Source of the DNA: Thermodesulfobacteriota bacterium | GTDB taxonomy: Bacteria > Desulfobacterota > Desulfobulbia > Desulfobulbales > SURF-16 | DNA: 42,998 nt | NCBI GenBank assembly: GCA_040755455.1 | Contig: JBFMAY010000037.1 | Coordinates: 1-42,998 of the forward strand | Direction: 5' to 3' | Shown: piece after piece, positions 28,987-38,269 of the stretch | Layout: each line of letters starts with the position of its first letter | Position numbering within the stretch: position 1 is the first letter of the stretch | Translations under genes and position numbers: made by a program | The notes under the pieces: generated by a model | The model's database searches: none | What the model was told of the DNA's origin: nothing | What the model saw: only the letters and a program-made list of their open reading frames with translations

Positions 28987-29156
28987 TTTATTCTCCCCTT
29001 GCAAAAGAAATATTCCCTGATGACAGCACGATTTTCATGACCCAGCAAAGGCATCATGGCATGGCAACCGTCAGCTCAGGATCCTCGCTGAAGGTGTAGT
29101 GAACAGTGTTATGGGCGGAGCAGAACCTTGGGTTCTATTTGCCTGTGAAGAAAGGC

Positions 29157-29172
29157 ATCAATTCTTATGCCA
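29157..29172 (-). promoter_or_regulatory. sigma54-like promoter (variant -12)
   Basis: TGGCATA-AGAA-TTGAT (TTGA in place of TTGC). Confidence 0.5.
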
Positions 29173-29302
29173 CGGTGTAGTGGTTGCTTCATAAAAAATA
29201 TAGGCGGTTGCCTACCAGCATATCTTCCTGACATAACGAATCTTTTTTATTTTCTCCCTGGTAGCCTGCGCAATATTGCTCCGAGGCCACCAGGCCGCCC
29301 CT

Positions 29303-29335
29303 GGTGCATTTCACCCAACCTGGGGCAAATGCCCC
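29303..29335. promoter_or_regulatory. Paired palindromic candidate enhancer
   Basis: GGTGCATTTCACCC-N5-GGGGCAAATGCCCC. Confidence 0.55.
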
Positions 29336-29415
29336 CACTAATCATACAGAGGAAAGTGTCCGGATCACGCGGAGGTCTGCCGGGAAACAGGCATAAGAAG
29401 AGGCTTGCTGAGGCC

Positions 29416-29445
29416 AAAAAAAAGGGGGAGCCGAACGGCTCCCCC
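29416..29445 (-). terminator. Strong intrinsic terminator after the OmcE-like gene
   Basis: GGGGGAGCCG-TT-CGGCTCCCCC-TTTTTTTT on the minus strand. Confidence 0.9.
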
Positions 29446-29476
29446 GCGGAACTGCTACTTCTTGAATGGCAATTAC

Positions 29477-30292
29477 TTATTTGACATGGCAGGTCAGACA
29501 GAAACCACTGTTTCTATCTGATTTCCAGAGGAAGGTCTCACCGGTGTTCTTGGTGTTGTGCACGTCGTGGCAGGTCACGCATTCCATCTTATCGCCGTAA
29601 AGCAAGGAGCGGATGGTGGTCATGGACTCGCCGGCGCCGTTGATCACAGTATCAGGATTGGCAATCTCATCGTCATGGGCGGCTACATCGATGTAGCTGA
29701 AGCCGATGGGATGATGGTTGGTCAGATTGCCTCCACCGCCGATCTTGAACTGATCGGCAATAAAATGGGTGGCAGCGCCCCGGGACTCGGCGCGGCCCGG
29801 ATCAAAACCATACTCGTTCACGGCAACTGTGCCGTCATGACAGCTCAGGCAGAGGCGGGAAACCGAACCGGGCTCGCCAAGGGTGGCCTCGCCATTGAAG
29901 AGATGGCGATCGGCAAACTGCTGGGCATTACCGGAAACGCCTACGCCGGCAAGGCCGGAAGCATCGGGTCCGTCACCGAAATCGCTCTGATAGGTGTTGT
30001 AAAACTGGGTGGTTACACCATGGTTCCACAGGGGCAGATAGGCGATACCTGCGGCATTGGCCTCCTGGATTGCATGGTGAGGAGCATGGCAGTAAATACA
30101 GATACGATCCAATGCATCGGTCTGCCCATAGATACTGCCGATACCCGTGGCATTGCTCAGGTCATGCTTGGAGCCGACGATACCGGCACCCGCGGCGGCG
30201 TTAAAGGAACCGGTGGTTGAATTTTGCGCGTAAGCCACGCCGGCTACCATCAGACCGAAAGCAGCTGCTAAGAGAATACTTTTTTTCATCAT
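29477..30292 (-). CDS. omcE: OmcE-like tetraheme cytochrome c (candidate nanowire subunit)
   Basis: Signal peptide; SKHDLS...ICIYCHAPH...PLWN...Y...SVSRLCLSCHDG...NLTNHHPIGF...MECVTCHDVH...FL......FCLTCHVK-stop. Motif order matches Geobacter OmcE as I recall it. RBS AGGAGG. Confidence 0.8.
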   Translation of the reverse strand: MMKKSILLAAAFGLMVAGVAYAQNSTTGSFNAAAGAGIVGSKHDLSNATGIGSIYGQTDALDRICIYCHAPHHAIQEANAAGIAYLPLWNHGVTTQFYNTYQSDFGDGPDASGLAGVGVSGNAQQFADRHLFNGEATLGEPGSVSRLCLSCHDGTVAVNEYGFDPGRAESRGAATHFIADQFKIGGGGNLTNHHPIGFSYIDVAAHDDEIANPDTVINGAGESMTTIRSLLYGDKMECVTCHDVHNTKNTGETFLWKSDRNSGFCLTCHVK

Positions 30293-30446
30293 CTTTCCTC
30301 CTGCTTGCGACATTTGTCACTTTTGACAGCAGTCACCTTTTACTAAATAGCTGTCCTCAACTAGAACAGCATCCCATGAATTTCCCCAAATTCCATGAGC
30401 GCGTTACAAGAATGATCACGATAGATCATCTTCTGCCTGGCCAAAA

Positions 30447-30462
30447 TGCACACACTATGCCA
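30447..30462 (-). promoter_or_regulatory. sigma54 promoter of the OmcE-like gene
   Basis: TGGCATA-GTGT-GTGCA, GG-N10-GC. Confidence 0.65.
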
Positions 30463-30569
30463 AAGAGCGGCAACGCTTGGAAAACTTTTTTTATCCATTA
30501 ATTCCGGCATATTAAATGGAAAAACCGGACAACAGCCGGCAATGGCGCAAGGGCAGGCAATGGAGCAAA

Positions 30570-30604
30570 GGGGCTTTTCACCCGGCAGTTGCGTTCTTTC
30601 ACCC
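30570..30604. promoter_or_regulatory. Paired candidate enhancer shared by divergent sigma54 promoters
   Basis: GGGGCTTTTCACCC-N7-GCGTTCTTTCACCC, midway between the promoters at 30462(-) and 30724(+). Confidence 0.5.
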
Positions 30605-30723
30605 AGCACCGGCAGGCGCCTGCGCCTTTCCTCCCCCGGCCCTGCCCACACACCCGGTCACTCGCGCGGGCATGCAAAGACATTGTTGGGATTTCCGCAA
30701 AACCCCTTGCATTTTTTACCTTT

Positions 30724-30739
30724 TGGCATCATCATTGCT
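30724..30739 (+). promoter_or_regulatory. sigma54 promoter of the NHL/barrel/foldase operon
   Basis: TGGCATC-ATCA-TTGCT. Confidence 0.8.
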
Positions 30740-30807
30740 GTCAATACTTAATCTCTCTGTTAGCTCTCATGGCAGTACAAGACAAACTACGAAAAATGGT
30801 GGGGTTG

Positions 30808-31968
30808 ATGAACAACGTTAAGAATTTCTTCCGCTATACACTTCTCCTGACCCTCTTGATTGGCGCCGCAATGCAGAGCGGCTGCGCGACCACGCCCAAG
30901 CCGGTTGATAAAGAGGAGGCTGTCTTTTTCCCTGACCCGCCTGCGCCGCCCCGGCTGCAGTTCCTGCGGAGCTTCACCACCTCTGACGACATCGAGCCCG
31001 GCGCAACCGCCTTTGACTCTTTCCTGACCGGCGACGCCAACAAGGGCTACCATCTTGTCAAGCCATACGGCGTGGCGATCAACGAAGGGAAGCTCTATGT
31101 CTGCGACTCCCAGGCCACGGTGGTGGTCTTTGACTTGCAGAGCAAAAAATTCCATACCATGGAGGGCGCCAAAGGGCTGGGCAAGGTCGTGCAGCCCCTC
31201 AACATCACGCTGGATGCCCAGGGCAACAAATTTGTCGCTGATCCGGTGCGGGGCGAGGTGCTCATGTATGACAACAAGGATTTTTACGTAAAGAGCTTCG
31301 GCGTCTCAGGCCAATGGAAGCCCGTTGACTCAGCCGCCTACGACGGAATGCTCTATGTGGTGGATGCCAAGGAAAAGGACATCAAGGTTTTTGATATCGC
31401 CTCAGGCGAAAAAATCCGCAGTTTGGGCCGCGATAACAAACCCGAGGAAAATCTCGGCCTGCCCACCGGCATCACCATCGGCGCGGATGAACTGCTCTAC
31501 ATCAGTGATTCCGGCCGTTTTCAGATTGTCGTCTATGACCGGGACGGTCATCAGCGCAGCGCCATCGGCAGACCCGGCGCCAATCTCGGCCACTTTGCCC
31601 GGCCGCGGGGCGTGGCCACCGATCGGCAAGGAAGGGTTTTTGCCGTGGACGCAGCCTTTGAAAACGTGCAGATCTTCCGCAATGACGGCCAGCTTCTCCT
31701 CTTTTTCGGCGGCTCAGGCACCGGGCCGGGCAAGCTCTTTCTGCCGGCCGATGTCTTCATTGATTATGACAATGTGGAATACTTCCGCAAAGATGCCGAT
31801 CCTAATTTTGACATTGAATATCTGGTTTTCGTCACCAGCCAGTTCGGCCAGCGTCTGGTGAATGTCTATGGCTTCGGCAAGGAGAAGGGCAGAACCTACC
31901 CCAGCGAGGAGGAACTGGTTGAGAAGGCGGAACAGAAACTCAAGCAGTGGCAGAAAGAGAGCAAATAG
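30808..31968 (+). CDS. NHL-repeat beta-propeller lipoprotein
   Basis: Signal ending MQSGC; FFP.PP.PPRLQFL; repeats PYGVA, PLNIT, PTGIT, FARPRGVATD, LFLPADVFID. Start moved to ATG 30808. Confidence 0.9.
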   Translation: MNNVKNFFRYTLLLTLLIGAAMQSGCATTPKPVDKEEAVFFPDPPAPPRLQFLRSFTTSDDIEPGATAFDSFLTGDANKGYHLVKPYGVAINEGKLYVCDSQATVVVFDLQSKKFHTMEGAKGLGKVVQPLNITLDAQGNKFVADPVRGEVLMYDNKDFYVKSFGVSGQWKPVDSAAYDGMLYVVDAKEKDIKVFDIASGEKIRSLGRDNKPEENLGLPTGITIGADELLYISDSGRFQIVVYDRDGHQRSAIGRPGANLGHFARPRGVATDRQGRVFAVDAAFENVQIFRNDGQLLLFFGGSGTGPGKLFLPADVFIDYDNVEYFRKDADPNFDIEYLVFVTSQFGQRLVNVYGFGKEKGRTYPSEEELVEKAEQKLKQWQKESK

Positions 31969-31985
31969 CAGGCGGGCGAAAACAG

Positions 31986-34061
31986 ATGGAGTCACCTCCG
32001 CAGGCGCATAAGCACAAACGGCCCGGCCGGCCGGCGGCCAGAGTGCTGCCCATCGTGCTCGGCTGCTGCCTGCTGCTCACCGGTCGCGCCTGGGGAGCAG
32101 CCAGGCAGTTTATTCCCAAATATGTCGATTTTTCAGGTGATTTCGGGGTGGGCTCCCTCTATGAATGGGACAAGGTGGAATCCACTTCCACCTCCACCCG
32201 CAGCGACCTTACCGTCCAGGAGGGGCTTAATCTGCAGGGGCTCGGCTATATCTACAGCCCGCTCTTTGTCAGCATGGCCACCACGGTGACCTTGGGACTG
32301 GAGCAGGAGCAGATCGACAACAACGGAGACAAATCCAGCTATTATGACGGCGATGCCAACCAGTTCAGGCAGGAGTTCAAGATCCTGCCCAGCCACCCCT
32401 ACAATCTCGAACTCTATTTTCTGAGGGGAACCCCCATGACGGGAGGAACGGCGGGCAGCAGCGGCTCGGTGGTCATTTATGAAGAGGGAGCACGGGCGCG
32501 CTATGACGAACGGCCCTGGTCAAGCACGCTGAGCTATATCAACCATGACAGCTCGGGGGAGCTTTCCTCCGATAATCAATCGTTACTCTATAATCTCAAC
32601 TATTTCCAGACCGGCACCACTGTTACGGGGACCTACAATCATAACACCAGCATGACCAACGACGGAGCGGACGATACCAGCCGCGACATGTACAACTTTA
32701 ATTTCATCAAGAAACTTGACAAGGTCCGCTTCAACTCCAGATGGACCCACGACGAACATGACCAGGAGGAATCTTACTACAACGCGGCCGAATCCTCCTC
32801 GTTTCTTGAAGAGGATGAACTGTACGGTGAGGTGGACGTTGAGCTGCCCCATAATTTCGACACCGTTCTCTCCTGCCTCAACTCCGACAGAAATTCCACT
32901 TATGTCAGGGATACCGGCACCCTGGAATCATTCACCGAGTCGCAATACTATAATTTCAGGCTGCTCCACCGCCTCTATAAAAGCCTCAACTCGTCCTTTT
33001 CCGCCGGCCAGCAGACGACGGACGCCGCGGGCGGCGACATGGACCAGCAGAATTACCGTCTGGCCTTCGATTACTCCAAACAGATACCCTGGGGCAATGT
33101 CCTGGCCGGCCTGTGGGACGGCCTCTCTTACATTGACAACACAGGGGCGCCGGTCACCCTTTTTGAAACCCACACCATTGAAGCCGGGCAGTACTTCACC
33201 CTCAAATACCAGACCATTGAACCGTCCTCCATTGAGGTGCGCATCGTTGATCACAACAACAACGACCGCGCCATCCTGCTCAGCGAAGGGCTCCATTACT
33301 GGGTAAGGGCCTATCACAACACCTTCCGCATTTTCATTATCCAACTACCCCTTGACAGTCAGAACAACCCCCTTACCGGCGCCATCCAGGATTATTCATA
33401 CAAGGTGGACTACTCCTTTATCCCGGCCGATTACGACCTGCGCAACAAGGACTGGGGCAGCTCCCTGCAGGTCGCCCTGTTCGACAGTCTCATCACCCCC
33501 CATTACGCATACAGCCAGAACGACCAGAAGGTGACGGACGGCTGGTTCCCCGGCGATCCGGCCCATGTCAAGACCCACAGCCTGGGTCTGGGTTTCAACG
33601 CCTATCCCTTCACCGGCGACGTGACCCGGAGCTGGCTCAGATCAAACACCACGGATGAAGACAGGCTGGCCACCTACGCAACATACAGCAGGGAAATCAC
33701 CGCCAACACCTCCGGCCATCTGAGCCTGTCCTTTGAAGATGTGCAGACCACCCAGTATGAGCTGGGCAACGTCGGTCCGACCACCAGCCTGTCGGAACAA
33801 TTTTATTCGGCCCAGGCCCAGGTGCAGACCGTGCTGCCCCAGAGAAACATGAACGCCTCATTCGCCACGAACTACACCTTGTACCAGGGGTTGGGGGAAT
33901 CGACGAACATTTCTTTTTTCTCAACCCTCATATGGCACGTGGGACTGCTTGATCTCAACATGACCGCCTCCTATACCAGTTCCGACGCCAATGTCGGCGA
34001 CACCAGTTCCTCCAGGCAGTTCGCCATGGTCAGGTTCATGATTAAACGAAAACTCTTCTAA
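31986..34061 (+). CDS. Putative outer-membrane beta-barrel protein (channel or porin for cytochrome export or conduit)
   Basis: Signal peptide, long series of alternating amphipathic Y/F/S/T-rich strands, GYIYSP motif, C-terminal strand ending in Phe (MVRFMIKRKLF). Confidence 0.75.
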   Translation: MESPPQAHKHKRPGRPAARVLPIVLGCCLLLTGRAWGAARQFIPKYVDFSGDFGVGSLYEWDKVESTSTSTRSDLTVQEGLNLQGLGYIYSPLFVSMATTVTLGLEQEQIDNNGDKSSYYDGDANQFRQEFKILPSHPYNLELYFLRGTPMTGGTAGSSGSVVIYEEGARARYDERPWSSTLSYINHDSSGELSSDNQSLLYNLNYFQTGTTVTGTYNHNTSMTNDGADDTSRDMYNFNFIKKLDKVRFNSRWTHDEHDQEESYYNAAESSSFLEEDELYGEVDVELPHNFDTVLSCLNSDRNSTYVRDTGTLESFTESQYYNFRLLHRLYKSLNSSFSAGQQTTDAAGGDMDQQNYRLAFDYSKQIPWGNVLAGLWDGLSYIDNTGAPVTLFETHTIEAGQYFTLKYQTIEPSSIEVRIVDHNNNDRAILLSEGLHYWVRAYHNTFRIFIIQLPLDSQNNPLTGAIQDYSYKVDYSFIPADYDLRNKDWGSSLQVALFDSLITPHYAYSQNDQKVTDGWFPGDPAHVKTHSLGLGFNAYPFTGDVTRSWLRSNTTDEDRLATYATYSREITANTSGHLSLSFEDVQTTQYELGNVGPTTSLSEQFYSAQAQVQTVLPQRNMNASFATNYTLYQGLGESTNISFFSTLIWHVGLLDLNMTASYTSSDANVGDTSSSRQFAMVRFMIKRKLF

Positions 34062-34085
34062 ATCATTCAGCAAAAGGAAAGCATA

Positions 34086-35150
34086 ATGAAACGCATTGAC
34101 CACAAAAAGATACTCCTCGCATCTGCCCTGACCCTCGCCCTGCTGATCAGTGGCCCCTGCCAGATCCAGGCCTTCAAGGGCATGGGATCAGGCGGCAGTG
34201 AGCCGGGCGGCATGAACAGCGGTGGCGGCGGCATGAAAAACATGAACATCATGGGCCATGAAGGCAATACCCAGACCGTGGTTGCCACCATCAACGGCAC
34301 GGAGATCACCATGGGAAAACTCATGAACAGCATGATGGATGTCATTATGCAGGGCGGCTACAGCGGGGACAGCTTGACCAAAGAGATGGCGGCCCGCATC
34401 CGCAAGGAGGCACTGCAGCAGCTGGCCCTGGAGGAGCTGGCCTTTCAGCGCGCCGCGGCCCTCGGCATCACGGCTGATCCGGCCGTGGTCCAGGCGAAAC
34501 TTGACGCGGTCATTACCAGCCAGGGCGGCAGGGAGGCCCTGGAAAAGTCCCTGGCGGAGCAGAAGAAATCCCTTGCCGATCTGAAAGAGGAGATCAGTCG
34601 TTTCATGGTGGTCAAAGAGGCCATCAGGCAGGAGGTTGACAGCAAGGTAATGGTCTCGGATGACGAGATCAACCAGACTTACGAGGCCAACAAAGAGCAG
34701 TTCGCCATCCCGGAAAGGGTGGTGGTCACGGACATTATCTTTTTCCTCGCCCCTGATGACCCGGCCTCCAGAGAAAAAGTGGCGGCCGTTCGCCGGCAGC
34801 TCGTCGATGAGCTGGGCGGCAATCCGGAAAAACTGACCCCCGAGGGGTTTGTGGTGGAAAGCCAGCTCAATGTCTCCCCGGAAAACCGACCGGAACTCTA
34901 CCAGATCGCCAGAAAGATGGAAACCGGCACATTGTCCGAACCTCTCGCCATTGACGGCACCCTCCATCTGCTGAAAGCCGATTTCTACCAGCCCCGCAAG
35001 GAAACAGCGGCCAAAGAGGCCAAAGCCTCCATCGCCAATCAGTTAAAGGCAAACAAACGCAACCAGCTGCTGACCGAATGGCGCAACAATCTGCTGCAGG
35101 ATGCCGATATCGTCATCGTTAATGAAGTCCTGCAGGAAAACGGCAAGTAA
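34086..35150 (+). CDS. SurA/PrsA-like periplasmic foldase
   Basis: VVATINGTEIT, ALQQLALEEL, VSDDEINQTYEANKEQFAIPERV, GTLSEPL...LHLLK; Met/Gly-rich linker after the signal peptide. Confidence 0.85.
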   Translation: MKRIDHKKILLASALTLALLISGPCQIQAFKGMGSGGSEPGGMNSGGGGMKNMNIMGHEGNTQTVVATINGTEITMGKLMNSMMDVIMQGGYSGDSLTKEMAARIRKEALQQLALEELAFQRAAALGITADPAVVQAKLDAVITSQGGREALEKSLAEQKKSLADLKEEISRFMVVKEAIRQEVDSKVMVSDDEINQTYEANKEQFAIPERVVVTDIIFFLAPDDPASREKVAAVRRQLVDELGGNPEKLTPEGFVVESQLNVSPENRPELYQIARKMETGTLSEPLAIDGTLHLLKADFYQPRKETAAKEAKASIANQLKANKRNQLLTEWRNNLLQDADIVIVNEVLQENGK

Positions 35151-35164
35151 TAAGGCATAACGGC

Positions 35165-36238
35165 ATGAAGAAACCAGCAAGCACCTGGCCGCATCATCTT
35201 ATTGTTTTTCTCCTGGCCGGCGCCCTCCTCAGTGGCTGCGCGGCCGCCGAGTGGCAGCCCGTGACCTTGAAAACCGACGATATCTGCTGGCCGCCCGGTG
35301 CGGAGTGCAAGGTCCGCTATGCCGGCGAAATCCGGCAATTTGAGCAGACAAGCCAATCACTGGCCACCCTTATCACCGGCAAAAGCCAGGGCGGCAGGAT
35401 TCTCAAACCGGTGGCCATCGCCATCGGCCCAGGCGGGAAAATGGCCATTGCCGACCAGGACCGGCAGGGCATCCATCTGTACGATCCGGCGGACAGGAGC
35501 TACCGGGTGCTTGTCATGGCCGGCCAGGAAAAATTCGCCACCCCGGTGGGGGTCGCCTTTGATGATGCCGGCAACCTCTATGTCACCGACTCCCAGCTCA
35601 ACAAGATGCTCATTTATGATGCCCAGGCAAACTTCCTCAAGGCCGTCGACCAGGCAGACGGCACTCCCCTGCGGCGTCCCACCGGCATTACCTTCAACCG
35701 CCATGACAAACGTATTTACCTGGCGGACACCATGCAGCACCAGATACTGGTCTTCAGCCGTCTCGGCGAGTTCATTGCCCGCCTCGGCACCAGAGGTGAC
35801 CAGCCCGGCGCCTTCAACTTCCCCACCCATCTCGGCTCCGATCCGCAGGGCAACATCTATGGCACCGACTCCATGAATTTCCGGGCCCAGATCCTGCCGG
35901 CCGGCAGCAACACCTGGCTTGCCTTCGGCCGGCACGGCAACGGTTCGGGCGACTTCGCCAGCCCCAAGGGGATCAGCGCTGACCAGCACGGCATCATCTA
36001 TATAGCCGAAGCCCTGTTCGACAACGTGCAGATTTTCGACAACAGCGGCGCTTACCTGCTGGCCGTGGGCTCCCAGGGCAGCGGACCGGGGCAGTTCTGG
36101 ATGCCCTCCGGGCTGTTCATCGACGAAAACAACCGGCTGTATGTCTGCGACACTTACAATAAACGCATCCAGCTCTTTGACCTGCTGACCGCAACAGCAG
36201 GTGAAACGGCGCCCGCGCCAGGGGGTACGGAAAAATGA
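35165..36238 (+). CDS. NHL-repeat beta-propeller lipoprotein
   Basis: Lipobox LSGC; repeats PVGVAFD, PTGITFN, GAFNFPTHL, GDFASPKGIS, GQFWMPSGLFID. Confidence 0.92.
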   Translation: MKKPASTWPHHLIVFLLAGALLSGCAAAEWQPVTLKTDDICWPPGAECKVRYAGEIRQFEQTSQSLATLITGKSQGGRILKPVAIAIGPGGKMAIADQDRQGIHLYDPADRSYRVLVMAGQEKFATPVGVAFDDAGNLYVTDSQLNKMLIYDAQANFLKAVDQADGTPLRRPTGITFNRHDKRIYLADTMQHQILVFSRLGEFIARLGTRGDQPGAFNFPTHLGSDPQGNIYGTDSMNFRAQILPAGSNTWLAFGRHGNGSGDFASPKGISADQHGIIYIAEALFDNVQIFDNSGAYLLAVGSQGSGPGQFWMPSGLFIDENNRLYVCDTYNKRIQLFDLLTATAGETAPAPGGTEK

Positions 36239-37950
36239 AGCATGCCAAACCGCTTGCCGTCCTTCTCCTCAGCCTGCTGCTGGCCGGGCAGGCCACGGCC
36301 GACATGAGCATTGTCAACTCAAAGCATAACCTCTCCGTCACCGGACCGGGGGAGATCCGCGCCCTTACCGAGGACAGGATCTGCATCTTCTGCCACACCC
36401 CGCATAATGCCGCACCCAGCACCCCCCTGTGGAACAAAAACCTGCAGCCGACCAACTATATCCTGTACCAGAGCAGCACCTTAAGCGCCACCCCCCGGCA
36501 GCCGTCCGGTCCGACCCGTCTCTGCCTGAGCTGTCACGACGGCACCATCGCCCTGGGCAATGTCCTGCAGCCGGTTGCAGGCATCCAGATGAACATGGAA
36601 CTGACGGCCAACCGTCGCTCCTACCTTGACACCGACATCTCCAATGACCATCCGGTATCGTTCAACTATTACGAGGCCCAGCCAAATCCGGAACTGTCGC
36701 CGGTTATTCCGGCCGGGCTGCGCACTTACGGCAACGGCAACATCCATTGCACCACCTGTCATGATCCCCATGATGACACTTTTGGGAAATTCCTGGTCAT
36801 GGGCAACCAGTTCTCCGCCCTGTGCACCACCTGCCATGTCAACGTGGCCGGCTGGAACGGTTCGAGCCACGCCACCTCGTCAAAGATCTGGTTTTCCGGC
36901 GGGCCGGGTGATGCCAAGAGCGTGGCGGAACGGGCCTGCGGCAGCTGCCACACCCCCCACGGGGCAGGCGGCCCCAAGCGCCTCATGCATCAGCTTGAGG
37001 AGGAAAAAAACTGCTACCCCTGTCATGACGGCACGGTGGCAACCAGGGATATCAAATCGCAGTTCAGCAAAATATCCCACCATCCCATCGAAGCAACGGC
37101 CATTGATCTTACCGGCAACGCCCATGATCCGGCGGAAGACCTCATGTTTCTGCAGGGCCATGTCGAATGCGTGGATTGCCATAATCCCCATGCGGCAAAC
37201 AGCGACCAGGCCACGGTGCCCAACGCCTCAGGACGGCTGGCCCAGGTGGCGGGCAAGGATCAGACCAACGCCATTGTCGAGGCGGTAATCTACGAATATG
37301 AAGTCTGTTTCAAGTGCCACGGCGACTCCAGCGATTCCATTCCCCTCATCAACCGCTGGAGCAACGAAAACAATACCAGACTGGAATTTGCTCCGGGCAA
37401 TCCCTCCTACCACCCGGTCATTGCCATTGGCCGCAACCCGGACATGCCAAGCCTGCCCAGCACCCATGAGCCCCAGTTGACCGCCACCTCGATGATATCC
37501 TGCACCGACTGCCACGACAGCGACAGCAGTTCGGCCATCGGCGGCACCGGCCCCCGCGGGCCCCACGGCTCCATCTACCGGCCCATTCTCAGGCAGCGCT
37601 ATGACACCATGGACAACCTGCCGGAAAACGAGTCCTCCTACGCCCTGTGCTACCGCTGCCATGACCGGACCAAACTGCTGGACGACCAGGGCCTTTACAA
37701 TGCCAGCGGCCACAAGCAGCATGTGGTGGACGCCCGCGCCCCCTGCTCCGCCTGCCATGATCCCCATGGGGTCCGTTATGACGGCAACGGTGACCATACC
37801 CATCTCATCAACTTTGACAGCGCCATCGTGCAGCCCTATCCGGGCAATGCCACCCCCCTGTTTTACGACCTGGGCACCCGTGCCGGCCGCTGCCTGCTGG
37901 TATGCCATGGAAAAATCCATGACGGCAGCCCGCAATACACCTACCCGTAG
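36235..37950 (+). CDS. Multiheme cytochrome (11 CxxCH + CX3CH) with N-terminal OmcE-like tetraheme domain
   Basis: SIVNSKHNLS...RICIFCHTPHNA...PLWN...RLCLSCHDGT...DISNDHPVSF...CTTCHDPH...LCTTCH, then eight further heme motifs. Confidence 0.9.
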   Translation: MKHAKPLAVLLLSLLLAGQATADMSIVNSKHNLSVTGPGEIRALTEDRICIFCHTPHNAAPSTPLWNKNLQPTNYILYQSSTLSATPRQPSGPTRLCLSCHDGTIALGNVLQPVAGIQMNMELTANRRSYLDTDISNDHPVSFNYYEAQPNPELSPVIPAGLRTYGNGNIHCTTCHDPHDDTFGKFLVMGNQFSALCTTCHVNVAGWNGSSHATSSKIWFSGGPGDAKSVAERACGSCHTPHGAGGPKRLMHQLEEEKNCYPCHDGTVATRDIKSQFSKISHHPIEATAIDLTGNAHDPAEDLMFLQGHVECVDCHNPHAANSDQATVPNASGRLAQVAGKDQTNAIVEAVIYEYEVCFKCHGDSSDSIPLINRWSNENNTRLEFAPGNPSYHPVIAIGRNPDMPSLPSTHEPQLTATSMISCTDCHDSDSSSAIGGTGPRGPHGSIYRPILRQRYDTMDNLPENESSYALCYRCHDRTKLLDDQGLYNASGHKQHVVDARAPCSACHDPHGVRYDGNGDHTHLINFDSAIVQPYPGNATPLFYDLGTRAGRCLLVCHGKIHDGSPQYTYP

Positions 37951-38030
37951 CCGCCATTGCCAGCGGCCAAAAAACAGCCGCCAGTCCGCCCTGCGTAGCC
38001 TTCATTGCCTAACGCAGCGCAGAGCAATAT

Positions 38031-38064
38031 GGGTAATATGCCCCTGCAGCGGGGCATATTACCC
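38031..38064. promoter_or_regulatory. Paired palindromic candidate enhancer (perfect inverted pair)
   Basis: GGGTAATATGCCCC-TGCAGC-GGGGCATATTACCC, 97-130 bp upstream of a sigma54 promoter. It could also act as a terminator hairpin. Confidence 0.6.
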
Positions 38065-38160
38065 GGCATCCCTGCCAATTTCCCGGCATCGTCCGCCGGC
38101 GCCAACAAATTTTCTTCCATTATTTTAATAGGTTGAAAAAAATTCCCCACAACAAACAGT

Positions 38161-38176
38161 TGGTGCATTTCTTGCT
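38161..38176 (+). promoter_or_regulatory. sigma54 promoter
   Basis: TGGTGCA-TTTC-TTGCT, GG-N10-GC. Confidence 0.65.
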
Positions 38177-38269
38177 TGAAGTGTTTTATTGATCTCAGCC
38201 ACCTGATAAAACTACAAATTCCGCGGGCTGGACCAGCCGTCACAATTTTCCACAAGGGGGGAGGAAAAA

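Noticed and set aside
29040..29150. c-di-GMP-I/GEMM riboswitch (ACAGGCAAA plus hairpin on the minus strand)
   Set aside because: It lacks the GNRA-capped P2 and the GAC-G(C/G)AAA junction.
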